A stretch of DNA of 64,000 nt, from IMG/VR virus record IMGVR_UViG_3300045284_000065, positions 27,555 to 91,554 of that record; one strand, given 5' to 3'. How positions within the stretch are numbered: position 1 is the first letter of the stretch; the number at the start of each line of letters is the position of its first letter. Position numbers and translations under genes: made by a program. Positions 53,101-61,495 of this stretch are shown here, piece by piece. This DNA comes from a virus. The notes below the pieces were generated by a model. It searched no databases and was not told the origin of the DNA. It was given only the letters and a program-made list of their open reading frames with translations.

Positions 53101-56040
53101 GTTGCCCGAGATGGTGTAGTAGGGGCGCTGGACCGGCCACTTGGCCCAGTCCCAGTGATCCTGGTCAGGAACGTTCCAGTCCTCGGAGAAGAGGTAGGGA
53201 GATACCGCCCCGCCCGTGCCGTACCCAGATATGACAGCGTGAGTGGCGTTGGCGACGACGAGGGTGGTCGAGGAGATCTGGGTGAGGACGACGTTGTCGG
53301 ATACGGGGGTATGGGTCGCCGCCTGTACGACAAGGAGCACTTCGATAGCGGCATTTGCTGCCGTGGAGGCGTGAGCAGCCCCCTGAACGACGAGATCGAC
53401 ACCGAGAGCGACAGTGGCAGCCGTGGGAGCGTGGACCGCTCCCTGAACAGCGAGGGTGGTGACGATGACCTGGGTGAGGACCGTGTTGTCAGCGGCGTGA
53501 GCGTGCGCTGCGCTCTGGACAACGAGAGTGGGGACCACCGTCTCGGTGAGAACGAGTGGGGTGCCTGCGACGACGATGCCAGCAGGGTCGGTCAGCGTCC
53601 AGGTACGACCCCTGGCATCGACCCAGGATGTGCCGCTGACATACTCGCTGGCATCGAACCGCCACAACAGCGTGCCCGCCGCTGGGTCGCTCCCTGTACG
53701 CATCTCCAGCCAGTAGATGCGCCCTGCGAAGGTGTTGCCAGTAGGTGTCCACCCGTTGGCCGAGCCAATGATCACACTCTCGGGGCTGTCATAGGCAGGC
53801 TCCGAGCCGCCCCAGGTGTACCCGTTGATGTAGGTCCACGAAGCGCCGTCATCAGTGGACCGGTATCCCCAATACCCCAGCGCTATCTGACTGGCACCGA
53901 TAGCAAACACCTCAGGGCTGCCAGTCGGCGGTGCTCCGTTAGAAACGCCCATCGACCAGCCTGGTAGGGCGTTCCCATTCGAAACGAAGGCGTAGTTCGT
54001 GTAGATGTCGCCATCGGTGGTAATCGACGGGTCGATGGCTTCGCTGCTTCTGGAGAGATACCAGCCCTGGTTACCGCCGCTGTCGTTCCCCTGGCTAGCA
54101 ATAGTGGTAGAGGTGCCGTACTGAGTGATGTTCGTCGGTCCCGAGATCTTGAACCGCCAAGTCCACTCGTTCGGTAGAGGCCCAGGGTCAGAGGTCTTCA
54201 CCACAGCGATCTGCGGGTCGTAGTACACCCCTCCCGGCCCCGTTGACGTAGTGGCGTGAGTGGCGTTGTCAACGACAAGATCTATCGGTGGTGGACCGGT
54301 GACCGCCTTGATCGTCGGCGTGACCGAGTAGGTCAGATCGGCCGCACCGTTGCGGAGCACCCGGAACGTGAGGGTGTCGTTGTTGACGAGGTTGGCCGAC
54401 TTCAACGTGAGGGCGAACAACAACTCGGTGTAGTTGTTGGCGCTCCACCCGACGCCCTCTTGCAGCCCCGTCATCGACTGGGTTCCTGCCACGAAGGAAC
54501 CGGTCCCACCGCTCAACCGTTGGCTCGTCGGCTGTCCCTCACACAGCGCTGACTCACCGCCACCGTTGTAGATGGTGGGGACATAGTGCCCGACGACAGT
54601 GGTCGGAGGTGTCGCTGGCACCGTGTACACACGGGTCATGTAGTCGTAGGTGGCCTGGGCCGTCCACGTCGTGCCGTTGTAGTCGCACCGGTTACCGGCT
54701 CGGCTAGGAGGAGAGGTGAAGTCAACGACCATCTCGACGCAGTTCGACGCATCACCGGCATTGGTGGCGACGATCGCCATGACGTAGTTGGTGCCGTTGA
54801 CCAACGTGAACGTGCCGTCGAAGTCGAAGAAGACCCACCCGAAGTAGCCGGACAACGTCGCTGGAGTGAGCACCGTTGTCGATGTCGCCAGCGCTGCGCC
54901 CGTGCCGACACTGCTCGTCCCGAACGTCCCCGAGTGGGCGTAGAGGACAGCGGTGTAGGTGCCAGGAGGCGTGCCCAGCCTGTGGATGTCGAAGGCCATC
55001 CTCGACAACTTCTCGCCGTTGCCCGTAAAGGACTGCCCGGAGCGAACGTCGGTCTTGACCCAACTGTCGTACTGGGAGAACGGCCAGGTGGTGAGCAGGG
55101 CCGGGTTAGAACCGACATCAGTCCACGCCCCAGCGTTCTTGGCGTATTGGAGCTTGAAGTCGGTGGTCTTAAGGACGGCGTCGGCCCCCGCCTGCAACCG
55201 CACCCGCAGTTGCACGTTGGCGTCACTGACGACGCTGACCGAAGGCGTGGTGTCCTGCGCTGCGAGAGCAACGCTGGTGGTCTCGCTGCCCTCTGCGAAG
55301 ACCTGAGATGCCGCTTGTGTGATAGCAGGAGGCGGCAAGGCCCGGAAGACGACGACCAGGCTCACCCACTCGGCGGCGACGGTGGTGATGTTGTAGGTCT
55401 GCTGCCCCGCAGCGGTGACGATCTTGTACTGACCGACAGCACTGACGCTGGTGGCGTCCTGGCCGCTGGTGCCACCACCGGCCCGAGTGACCTGCGCTGA
55501 CCACGAACCGTTGAGGGTGTCGGAGTCAGCGGTGGGCACCGTTCGTGTCTCGGTGGCGCAAGCGCCGAGGACGAGAGCGCCGACAGGAATGGCCTGGGCA
55601 GTAGCGGTCGCTACGGACGCTGCCGTCGTGGCACCGAGAGCAGAAGCGGCATCGAAGCCGAAGCCCGAGTCGGTGTCAACGCCTGTGAACACCTCGGCAT
55701 AGGCCGCTTTGCCGACAGCCGCAGGGGAGAGGGTGACCGTGATCGTGCCGCCTGTAGCCACAGCGGCGGTCGCTACCCTCGTCAGAATCGCCCCAGCGAC
55801 ACCAGAGCCTGCGGTGGACGTTCCGTTGACGTTGGCTATCTGGTTGGTGTAGGTGTTGCCGCCCGAGTCAGCACAGGTGAACGTCGGGGCTGTGGCGCTG
55901 GTGTTGTCAGCGGCGACTCGGACGACGACGAAGTCCCCGATGGCGATCGGGTTCGTCGTCGTGATGACAAGCGTGGTGCCTGAGACGTTGTTGGCGTTGT
56001 TGCCCAGCGCCGACTTGAAGGCGACCGGCCCCGCCGCCAT
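50167..56040 (-). CDS. 1957-aa multidomain virion adhesin with LamG-like domains and about 32 His-containing repeats
   Basis: Repeat LxVQxAxHAxxADNVxL; LamG-like segments; C-terminal AIFLGDRAVDRVYVGAVQVWP. Confidence 0.75.
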   Translation of the reverse strand: MAAGPVAFKSALGNNANNVSGTTLVITTTNPIAIGDFVVVRVAADNTSATAPTFTCADSGGNTYTNQIANVNGTSTAGSGVAGAILTRVATAAVATGGTITVTLSPAAVGKAAYAEVFTGVDTDSGFGFDAASALGATTAASVATATAQAIPVGALVLGACATETRTVPTADSDTLNGSWSAQVTRAGGGTSGQDATSVSAVGQYKIVTAAGQQTYNITTVAAEWVSLVVVFRALPPPAITQAASQVFAEGSETTSVALAAQDTTPSVSVVSDANVQLRVRLQAGADAVLKTTDFKLQYAKNAGAWTDVGSNPALLTTWPFSQYDSWVKTDVRSGQSFTGNGEKLSRMAFDIHRLGTPPGTYTAVLYAHSGTFGTSSVGTGAALATSTTVLTPATLSGYFGWVFFDFDGTFTLVNGTNYVMAIVATNAGDASNCVEMVVDFTSPPSRAGNRCDYNGTTWTAQATYDYMTRVYTVPATPPTTVVGHYVPTIYNGGGESALCEGQPTSQRLSGGTGSFVAGTQSMTGLQEGVGWSANNYTELLFALTLKSANLVNNDTLTFRVLRNGAADLTYSVTPTIKAVTGPPPIDLVVDNATHATTSTGPGGVYYDPQIAVVKTSDPGPLPNEWTWRFKISGPTNITQYGTSTTIASQGNDSGGNQGWYLSRSSEAIDPSITTDGDIYTNYAFVSNGNALPGWSMGVSNGAPPTGSPEVFAIGASQIALGYWGYRSTDDGASWTYINGYTWGGSEPAYDSPESVIIGSANGWTPTGNTFAGRIYWLEMRTGSDPAAGTLLWRFDASEYVSGTSWVDARGRTWTLTDPAGIVVAGTPLVLTETVVPTLVVQSAAHAHAADNTVLTQVIVTTLAVQGAVHAPTAATVALGVDLVVQGAAHASTAANAAIEVLLVVQAATHTPVSDNVVLTQISSTTLVVANATHAVISGYGTGGAVSPYLFSEDWNVPDQDHWDWAKWPVQRPYYTISGNKGIVTPSGGPSVASSDKYVTDFEMTVKVEWQTANPNYPEICWRLYDGLGGYAASSGYVAQVAPAGRVDLYKVGAYTSIGNFTDASLNAAGVRWWKVRVVGTSHKVKWWNDGSAEPGTWQIDATDSSPQTDTQGAPIVGGAIGFRSYGSPPTIVDDLTVVDLASPPLPVTDGSMRMLSNGKAIALNGNSNAFPSDTDLSWCGWVRYEGRCAISTDVWSLFSGGSTYCSTSVAPDGSIRQYMDTGDFSAGYTVPLNTWVFLAMSRSITGGTDLYWAPQGTSTLSTVHNASKGTITGLKLRVLSGEYGSNPYSMGCAFKCWTAALTQAQLEAEMTTYAVQRTANLFLHYSMRNGMFYAPDNDPLNDQKWIWWEQGAIVSGPVATHLLDAPVPPAGGIIDVPLVVDLVVQSATHAPVADNVVLFVPSTNLVVQDAAHAHTAANVALGVDLVVGSAAHAVTDNAVLNYVVLAPADALHAPTAASPFLVVDLAAQAAIHAPIADSVTLNYVVLAPADAIHATLSDNVGLGASLTVADALHAHATDNVSLGVDLVVQAAGHLPLADNVVVENVVVAQGATHAHAADAPTLYAVPMLVVAAAVHAVADNALLAVDLYPQGSTHASAADGVVLNYVVLAAADAAHASVAQAPILGVDPAVQGTAHAVTSPDVLLVVDLVVQGASHAQITDNVTLQMQGDLAIQSALHNQVTDNVGPLNINMDGVQGAVHASVADTVTNSYNLATQDAVHAHAADNTIITPALVVGAAQHASVADNVTFTLANNVVVQDAAHAVTDNLALFQVHNLTVADAVHASTVASPDLGQIHNLAMDSALHASVATTISLAGGSTLLVADSAHLQSAEVPAITQVHVITAADGLLAHSAGNVVLYAVPMLVVADAVHAQTASDVAYTQIHNLAIDSAFHAHTAEIITLVFSITLILEAAFHAHTAGSPGIREETAIVLNYADAIFLGDRAVDRVYVGAVQVWP
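50260..51910 (-). repeat. 26 tandem ~20-22-aa LxVxxAxHAxxADNVxL repeats
   Basis: Counted in the translation. Five more lie at about 53230-53550 and one at about 54250-54290. Confidence 0.88.
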
Positions 56041-56046
56041 CAGGCG

Positions 56047-56166
56047 CTACTCGTCGTCGGTGAAGTCGGAGTCAGCGCCGATGACGCCGTCCTGAACCTC
56101 CAGAGTGATGGCACCGGCCTCTTCTTCCTTCTCGCCCTCGTCAGGCGTATCAGGCTCGTCGCTCAC
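56047..56166 (-). CDS. 39-aa acidic microprotein (not in ORF track)
   Basis: VSDEPDTPDEGEKEEEAGAITLEVQDGVIGADSDFTDDE; GTGA overlap; fills the gap exactly. Confidence 0.55.
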   Translation of the reverse strand: MSDEPDTPDEGEKEEEAGAITLEVQDGVIGADSDFTDDE

Positions 56167-56555
56167 GTCGGGTCAGCGATCTCGACCTTCCAGGCCGGGA
56201 CGTTGACCGTGTTGGAGGCGGTCAGCGCCTGGCTGGTGCAGGTCGTGACATAGAGGCCGTTGGTGCCGTTGTCCAGGTAGATGTGGGTGGCGGTGCCCGA
56301 CGCCGAGATGCTGATACCGGAGAGGGCGTTGATCGTCACCTTGCGCCCGCTGGTGTCGCCATCGACAGGGCCGGTGAAGCTGCCAGCGGTCAGCCCGGTC
56401 TGTTGGGCGAGCTTGATCGCGTCGATCTGCGCCGCAGTGGGTGGCGTCGCCGTCCCGGAGTTCGCATGCTGTGCTGATGTCACAGTCAGGCGGGTGGCTC
56501 CCTTGATGGCGGCGAGCGCTGCGTCGAGCACAGCGTTCTCTGCGAACTTGGCCAT
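56163..56555 (-). CDS. Virion structural protein (beta-rich)
   Basis: AAGGAG RBS; VLDAAL...DGDTSGRKVT...SGTATH...NTVNVPAW. Confidence 0.7.
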   Translation of the reverse strand: MAKFAENAVLDAALAAIKGATRLTVTSAQHANSGTATPPTAAQIDAIKLAQQTGLTAGSFTGPVDGDTSGRKVTINALSGISISASGTATHIYLDNGTNGLYVTTCTSQALTASNTVNVPAWKVEIADPT

Positions 56556-56565
56556 TGATGTCTCC

Positions 56566-56796
56566 TTATCCGATGATCACGTACAACGTGGCGGGGTCTT
56601 TGGTGGGCAGGTCATCGAACTCGGCCTGGGTCATGGAGTCCCATTGTGCATCCTCGCCGGGGTCGCCTTTGGGACCCGGCTTGCCGGTGGGGATGACGAC
56701 ACCGATCGACTGCATCGAGGTAGCGACATGAACCGGCCGCTGCGGGGCCGTGATGACCGGGGTGACGGTCGGGGTCGCTGAGACGACGATGCTCAC
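56566..56796 (-). CDS. Small fibre-associated protein with a short collagen stretch
   Basis: GKPGPKGDPGED followed by MTQAEFDDLPTKDPATLYVI. Confidence 0.7.
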   Translation of the reverse strand: MSIVVSATPTVTPVITAPQRPVHVATSMQSIGVVIPTGKPGPKGDPGEDAQWDSMTQAEFDDLPTKDPATLYVIIG

Positions 56797-57497
56797 GGGA
56801 CACGCCCGTTGGGGCCGACGAAGTACGGCATGACTGTGGTGCTGCCGCTGCCGTCGTCCACGACAACGGGTGGCAGGAAGTCGGTGGAAGTGACGCGGGG
56901 CAAGATCGTGACCGTGCCGTAGATCCAGGTGCGGATCTGATCGGTGGTGGGCCACGGCTCGGGGTCCTCCACGCCGGGGGGCTTGGGGAAGCCCGCCACG
57001 TCGATGGGCGACTTGGAGTACAGGTCCCAGTTGTAGATCCCGATGTAGGGGTTCTCGCTGCGGGGCAGGAACAGCGTCACCGTGGTGTAGCCGGGGTCGT
57101 CGGCGGTCGGCGGCGTGTACTCGTCCTTGACGGCGAAGGTGGTGACCAGGGTCGAGTGGTAGGTGTGGCAGATACGGATCTGCGCCGACCAGTCCCACGT
57201 CGTGCTCATGTCGGGGGTGGTGTCGGCCGGGTCCAGGATCGTCAACGGGATCGTCACGTCGTCGCCCTGGTACCAGGTCAGGTCGACCCGGCTGGGGACG
57301 TTGGACCAGGTGTCGGTGCTGGATCCAGAGCCGAGAGCGGCACCCGATCCAGAGGTGATCGCTGGATAGAACGGTATGGGCTGGTACATCGGCTCTCCCG
57401 GTAGAAGCTCAGTCGCCAGTGTGACCATCTCGGCCGTGGTGGCGATGCGATTTGGGCCGTCCCAACCGCTGCGGCGTGCTACGTACCCGGCGCTCAT
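56793..57497 (-). CDS. Virion structural protein (Ig/BppU-like)
   Basis: DLTWYQGDD...WSAQIR...YNWDL...TWIYGTVTI. Confidence 0.65.
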   Translation of the reverse strand: MSAGYVARRSGWDGPNRIATTAEMVTLATELLPGEPMYQPIPFYPAITSGSGAALGSGSSTDTWSNVPSRVDLTWYQGDDVTIPLTILDPADTTPDMSTTWDWSAQIRICHTYHSTLVTTFAVKDEYTPPTADDPGYTTVTLFLPRSENPYIGIYNWDLYSKSPIDVAGFPKPPGVEDPEPWPTTDQIRTWIYGTVTILPRVTSTDFLPPVVVDDGSGSTTVMPYFVGPNGRVP

Positions 57498-59086
57498 CAG
57501 GTCCTGATGTAGTAATACATCGTGAAGAAGTTGGGGGTGAAGTCAATGGCGTTGGGGGACTTCTTGCCGTAGACCGCCTGGATCATGTCGTGGTCGTGAT
57601 TCTGCGGTGTGCCCTCGAAGGCGTGACCGTGGGGACCACCCTGGACGGTCTGGTTGGCCGAGAGGCCAGCGCCCTGGACCAGCGCCAGGTCCGACGACGT
57701 GGGGGACACCTCCTTGTTGGTGTACATGGGGGTGAGCACGGCGTTGGCCCCGACCGTCGCACCATCGTTCACCGGGGTCACGGTCGCCGCCACCGTGGCG
57801 ATGCCGGTGTTGTGGTGGTGCGGCGTCTCGGTGTCCTTGTGCGAGTGGTCGGGCAGGGCGTGCGTGTGGGGGCCGGTGGTGGCCTGGATGATCCCCTTGG
57901 GCGTCACCGAGGTGGGGTTGGCGTTGACCGAGTGGTGGTGCTCGGGGATGTTGGCCTCGATCAGCACGTAGGTGTTGGTCTTGCGCTCCACCCCGCCGAT
58001 GACCGGGCCGAAGTTGGCCACACCAGCGGCCGAGAAGTTGGGCATGACTACCCGGCTGGTCAGGTTGGGCAGGGCCACCTGACGGTGGGGGGCATATCCC
58101 GATACGTAGTCGGCCAGGGCGGCGATGGTGAACAGGCCGGGGTAGTCGTCCTCCAGGGCGGTCCTGCCGTTCAGGGGCAGCCAGCCCTTGGCCTCCATGC
58201 GGGCGATCGACTCCAGGGACATGATCACGGTGCCGACCGGGATCATGTTGCCCATCGTGGCGATCTCGTCCCACTCCAGCCCGCCGAGGGGAGCATCGTT
58301 GGCGATGTAGACCGAGCCGTTGTTGGGGTTCTGCCAGAAGTCGCCCTTGTTCGGCAGCGTCGGCGGGGAGGTCGCTCGACGCAGGTTGCGCGCCTGGATA
58401 TCGGCTGATGCCGATATGCCCTCGGCCGTCACCGTCTTGGCTGCCAGAGCCGCCTTGACGACGAGGTTGTCCTCGATCTGCAGCGTCTTCTCCCCGGATC
58501 GCTGCATCGTGGTGTCGCTGCCCCATATCGTGCGGCCGTCGCCGTAGACCCGGTACCAGTCCTGGAGCGGTGCGCCAGCACTGGCTCCGGGGGCCTTGAA
58601 GTTGCGGATCAGGTCGTCGCCAGCGTTGATGCTCGTCATCAGCGCCGGGGCCAGGAACTTGCGCTTGTCGATGACGAAGTCAGCGAGGCTGGCCCCCTCC
58701 TTGCAGTAGACCGCCGCCAGGATGGTGGCGTTCACCGGAGGGTCGGGGTAGTAGGGGTCGTTGGACTCCTTGCCCGGCATGACGTAGGGCTTCCCGGCAT
58801 CGTTGACCAGGATCAGGTCGAACTTGGAGGTGCCGCTCGGGACCGAGACGAACAGGTCGGCGGTCTCGACGTAGACGAACTTGCCGTTGACCATGGCCGA
58901 CCCGGGGGAGACCTTGATCTGGTTGGACCCGGACCCGGTGACCTGGCAGCCCTCCAACACGCCCCAGCGGCCCTGGGACATCGTGTTGAAGTCGATCCTG
59001 TCTGGCTCGGAGAGCAGTGGCTCCGTCACCGTTCCGGCGTTGGGGATCAGGAACCCACCATGAGCCACTGATGGGCGTGCCACCAC
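57497..59086 (-). CDS. Fibre protein with a tail-collar domain and HxH tip
   Basis: IPVGTVI...GWLPLNG...YPGLF...LPNL; HHH, HTH, HSH, HGH and HDH motifs; PNFFTMYYYIR end. Confidence 0.8.
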   Translation of the reverse strand: MVARPSVAHGGFLIPNAGTVTEPLLSEPDRIDFNTMSQGRWGVLEGCQVTGSGSNQIKVSPGSAMVNGKFVYVETADLFVSVPSGTSKFDLILVNDAGKPYVMPGKESNDPYYPDPPVNATILAAVYCKEGASLADFVIDKRKFLAPALMTSINAGDDLIRNFKAPGASAGAPLQDWYRVYGDGRTIWGSDTTMQRSGEKTLQIEDNLVVKAALAAKTVTAEGISASADIQARNLRRATSPPTLPNKGDFWQNPNNGSVYIANDAPLGGLEWDEIATMGNMIPVGTVIMSLESIARMEAKGWLPLNGRTALEDDYPGLFTIAALADYVSGYAPHRQVALPNLTSRVVMPNFSAAGVANFGPVIGGVERKTNTYVLIEANIPEHHHSVNANPTSVTPKGIIQATTGPHTHALPDHSHKDTETPHHHNTGIATVAATVTPVNDGATVGANAVLTPMYTNKEVSPTSSDLALVQGAGLSANQTVQGGPHGHAFEGTPQNHDHDMIQAVYGKKSPNAIDFTPNFFTMYYYIRT

Positions 59087-59102
59087 CTACCTCCTGTTCA
59101 GG

Positions 59103-59417
59103 TCATGCGACGTTGGAAAGCGCCCCGATGCCGTGGAGGTACCGGGCGATGGCCACCGGCAGCTGGTAGATCTTGCCCTCTTCCAGCTTGTAGTGGATGT
59201 GCGGGTTGCCGTAGGTGAACTCATCGATGGTGCGCCCCATGCGGATCTGGACCCGCCCGCTGCTGTCGACAGCAGTCGGCATGGCGACTGGTTCGACCAC
59301 CACCTCCTTGGCTGCGAAGCCGAGGTCGGAAGGTCGGGTGACCTCGCTGTTGTCGGGGTCCATGTCGGGGTCCAAGTCCACTTGGACCTCTGGGGGTGAA
59401 GTGCGCGCTGCCATCAT
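59103..59417 (-). CDS. Small head-module protein
   Basis: TYG...YKLEEGKIYQLPVAIARYL; AAGGA RBS. Confidence 0.65.
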   Translation of the reverse strand: MMAARTSPPEVQVDLDPDMDPDNSEVTRPSDLGFAAKEVVVEPVAMPTAVDSSGRVQIRMGRTIDEFTYGNPHIHYKLEEGKIYQLPVAIARYLHGIGALSNVA

Positions 59418-59456
59418 GTGTTCCTTCTGATATGCCGATATGCGATCGAGTCGAGA

Positions 59457-59999
59457 CTACGCCTCGAACTCTTCGAGCCAGGTGATCAGTGTGACCCGCT
59501 GCTTGCCGTCGATCTCCAGGTCGTAGACCGCCTGGGCCTGGTCCGGGTGGGCGTTGACGTAGTCCTCGACCTCGGCAATGGTGTGGTCGCCGGGGTCGAA
59601 CTCGCCGTCATCGGGCGGCGGTTCATCGGGCGGTGCGCCCTGCTCGACCATGCGGGGCGTGCCCGCCGTGGCCGCTGCAGTGACGGTGTAGGTGCCACCA
59701 GCAGGCGGGCCGACACCGGCCGCCACCGTGCAGATGATGGTGACCGCACCGGCCCCAGTGAAGGTCACCGTGCCGCTGAACTTGTCGGGCTGGGCTGCAG
59801 GGCTGCCTGGACCGGTAAAGGTCCAGTCGAAGTCAGCAGCCGGTCGTGCCCCGGGGTTGGGCACCGAGAAGGCGAACTTCAGCCCGTTGGTCACGTCCTT
59901 GGTGGCCTGGGCCACGCCGCCACCCGACGACGGGATGGATGCACCACCACCCTGGGTGGTGAACATGGTGTTGGGGCCGTGAACGGCGACGATGCTCAT
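59457..59999 (-). CDS. Capsid-associated protein (PKD/Ig-like domain plus helical C-terminal domain)
   Basis: FDWTF...VTFTGAG; FDPGDHTIAEVEDYV...EIDGKQRVTL. Confidence 0.6.
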   Translation of the reverse strand: MSIVAVHGPNTMFTTQGGGASIPSSGGGVAQATKDVTNGLKFAFSVPNPGARPAADFDWTFTGPGSPAAQPDKFSGTVTFTGAGAVTIICTVAAGVGPPAGGTYTVTAAATAGTPRMVEQGAPPDEPPPDDGEFDPGDHTIAEVEDYVNAHPDQAQAVYDLEIDGKQRVTLITWLEEFEA

Positions 60000-60027
60000 G
60001 GGGATACCTCCGTATCAGGATCATGGG

Positions 60028-60058
60028 CGGGGAGAGGGGTGTTACCCCCCTCCCCCCG
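60028..60058 (-). terminator. Hairpin after the major capsid gene
   Basis: Imperfect cggggagagggg/cccctccccccg stem. Confidence 0.5.
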
Positions 60059-60074
60059 ATGAATCACCGACTGC

Positions 60075-61469
60075 TCAGTTGGTGATGATCTTGACGACGG
60101 ACGACTCCGTCACGACACCCCAGCCCCAGATGGCGTACCACGCCAGGGCATGCTCACGGCCGAAGTCGAGCACCCCGCCATCGCGGAGTTCGACCGGCAG
60201 CGAGATGGCGTGCCCGAAGGCGTTGTCCCCGAGCATCATGGCCTCGTAGGCCTTGCCCGTGGGTCCCCACGGCTCGCCCCACCCTGGGGTGGCGACGGCC
60301 AGCGGGTAGGTGTCCATCGATCCCGGCGGCACGTCGGGAACACCAGCACCGGACCCCGTGGGGATGGCGATGTCAGCGAACGGGTCGGCGGTCACGTTGT
60401 ACCCGGCCGGGACACCAGAGGTGCCGAGGTCGCGCTGGGCCGTGGTCACGCCGAGAGCGGCACCACGCCAATCCGGCACATCACCGGGAGCGTTGGTGAC
60501 GGCCCCACCGGGCAGCTGCGGCCATGGGTCGGTCACGTCGGTCGTGCTCGACGGGCCGGTGATCTGCGTCGTCTCGATGAACACCACGTCGTCGATCCGG
60601 CCGACCTCGCCCAGCATGAAGTTCCCGGGTGCGGCGTACTTGGTCACTTCGATCCACTCGGGGGTGTCCCGCAGACGGCGCGACTGGTGCGGGTGGATGA
60701 AGCAGACGTACGTCTCCCCGAGGCGAGGGACGTTCTTCGAGGCGAGCACCTCGACGGCGTCCTTCACAGCGTGCGGGTGGAGGTAGTACGTGTCGGCGGG
60801 GGTGCCCGTCGAGTTGACGACGGCGTTGACGGTGGTCGCCGCCAGTCCCGGCTCGTACACGCCGTAGCCCGTGTTGATGGCGGTCGGCTTGGCGTAGCCG
60901 AAGACCACGCTCGACGCACGCGAGAGCGTGTACCGGGCCTGGTTGTCCATGTAGAGCGCCATGTTCCGGCCGAGGAGGCGGGAGGCGCTCGCCATGATGT
61001 CATCGAACGAGGCGTTGAGCAGAAGCTCCGACACCGCGACAGCGAAGCCCTGCTCCTGCACGGTGATGGCGTACTGGTTGGCCGTGATGGCGTGCGTCTT
61101 CATCCGCACGCCTTCGGTGAGGGGACCGGAGGGCACGGGCAGGTTGTTGTAGCGCATGAAGTTCACGGTCAATCCGGGCATGGTGCCCAGTTCGGCCTTC
61201 TTCACGGCGAACTGCTCGAAGCGCAGGACCGGCATGGACTGGAACAAGATCTCCTTGCTCCAGATGGTCTGGATGGCCGGTCCCATCATCGTGGTACCGG
61301 AGGTCACGGATCCGGCGTAGCCGACTCCCGTGTTGTCGACGTTCGCGAGGCCGGAATAGCCGACGGGCGCGACGTATTGGGAGTAATCCCCTCCTGTGGC
61401 GATACGGGTGGTGCCCGTGATGCCAGAGACGACGGGGAGTTCTCCGCCAAGGCCTGAGCCGAGGGGCAT
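60075..61469 (-). CDS. Major capsid protein (N4-gp56 / Bxz1-like)
   Basis: IQTIWSKEILFQSMPVLRFEQFA, LTEGV, FIHPHQ..LR, GEVGRIDDVVFIET, DFGREHALAWY. Confidence 0.93.
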   Translation of the reverse strand: MPLGSGLGGELPVVSGITGTTRIATGGDYSQYVAPVGYSGLANVDNTGVGYAGSVTSGTTMMGPAIQTIWSKEILFQSMPVLRFEQFAVKKAELGTMPGLTVNFMRYNNLPVPSGPLTEGVRMKTHAITANQYAITVQEQGFAVAVSELLLNASFDDIMASASRLLGRNMALYMDNQARYTLSRASSVVFGYAKPTAINTGYGVYEPGLAATTVNAVVNSTGTPADTYYLHPHAVKDAVEVLASKNVPRLGETYVCFIHPHQSRRLRDTPEWIEVTKYAAPGNFMLGEVGRIDDVVFIETTQITGPSSTTDVTDPWPQLPGGAVTNAPGDVPDWRGAALGVTTAQRDLGTSGVPAGYNVTADPFADIAIPTGSGAGVPDVPPGSMDTYPLAVATPGWGEPWGPTGKAYEAMMLGDNAFGHAISLPVELRDGGVLDFGREHALAWYAIWGWGVVTESSVVKIITN

Positions 61470-61495
61470 GATTCAACTCCTTGAGGAGGAGGCGG

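Noticed and set aside
1-59086. Diversity-generating retroelement acting on the fibres
   Set aside because: No reverse transcriptase, and no near-identical TR/VR pair differing at adenines was seen in this window.
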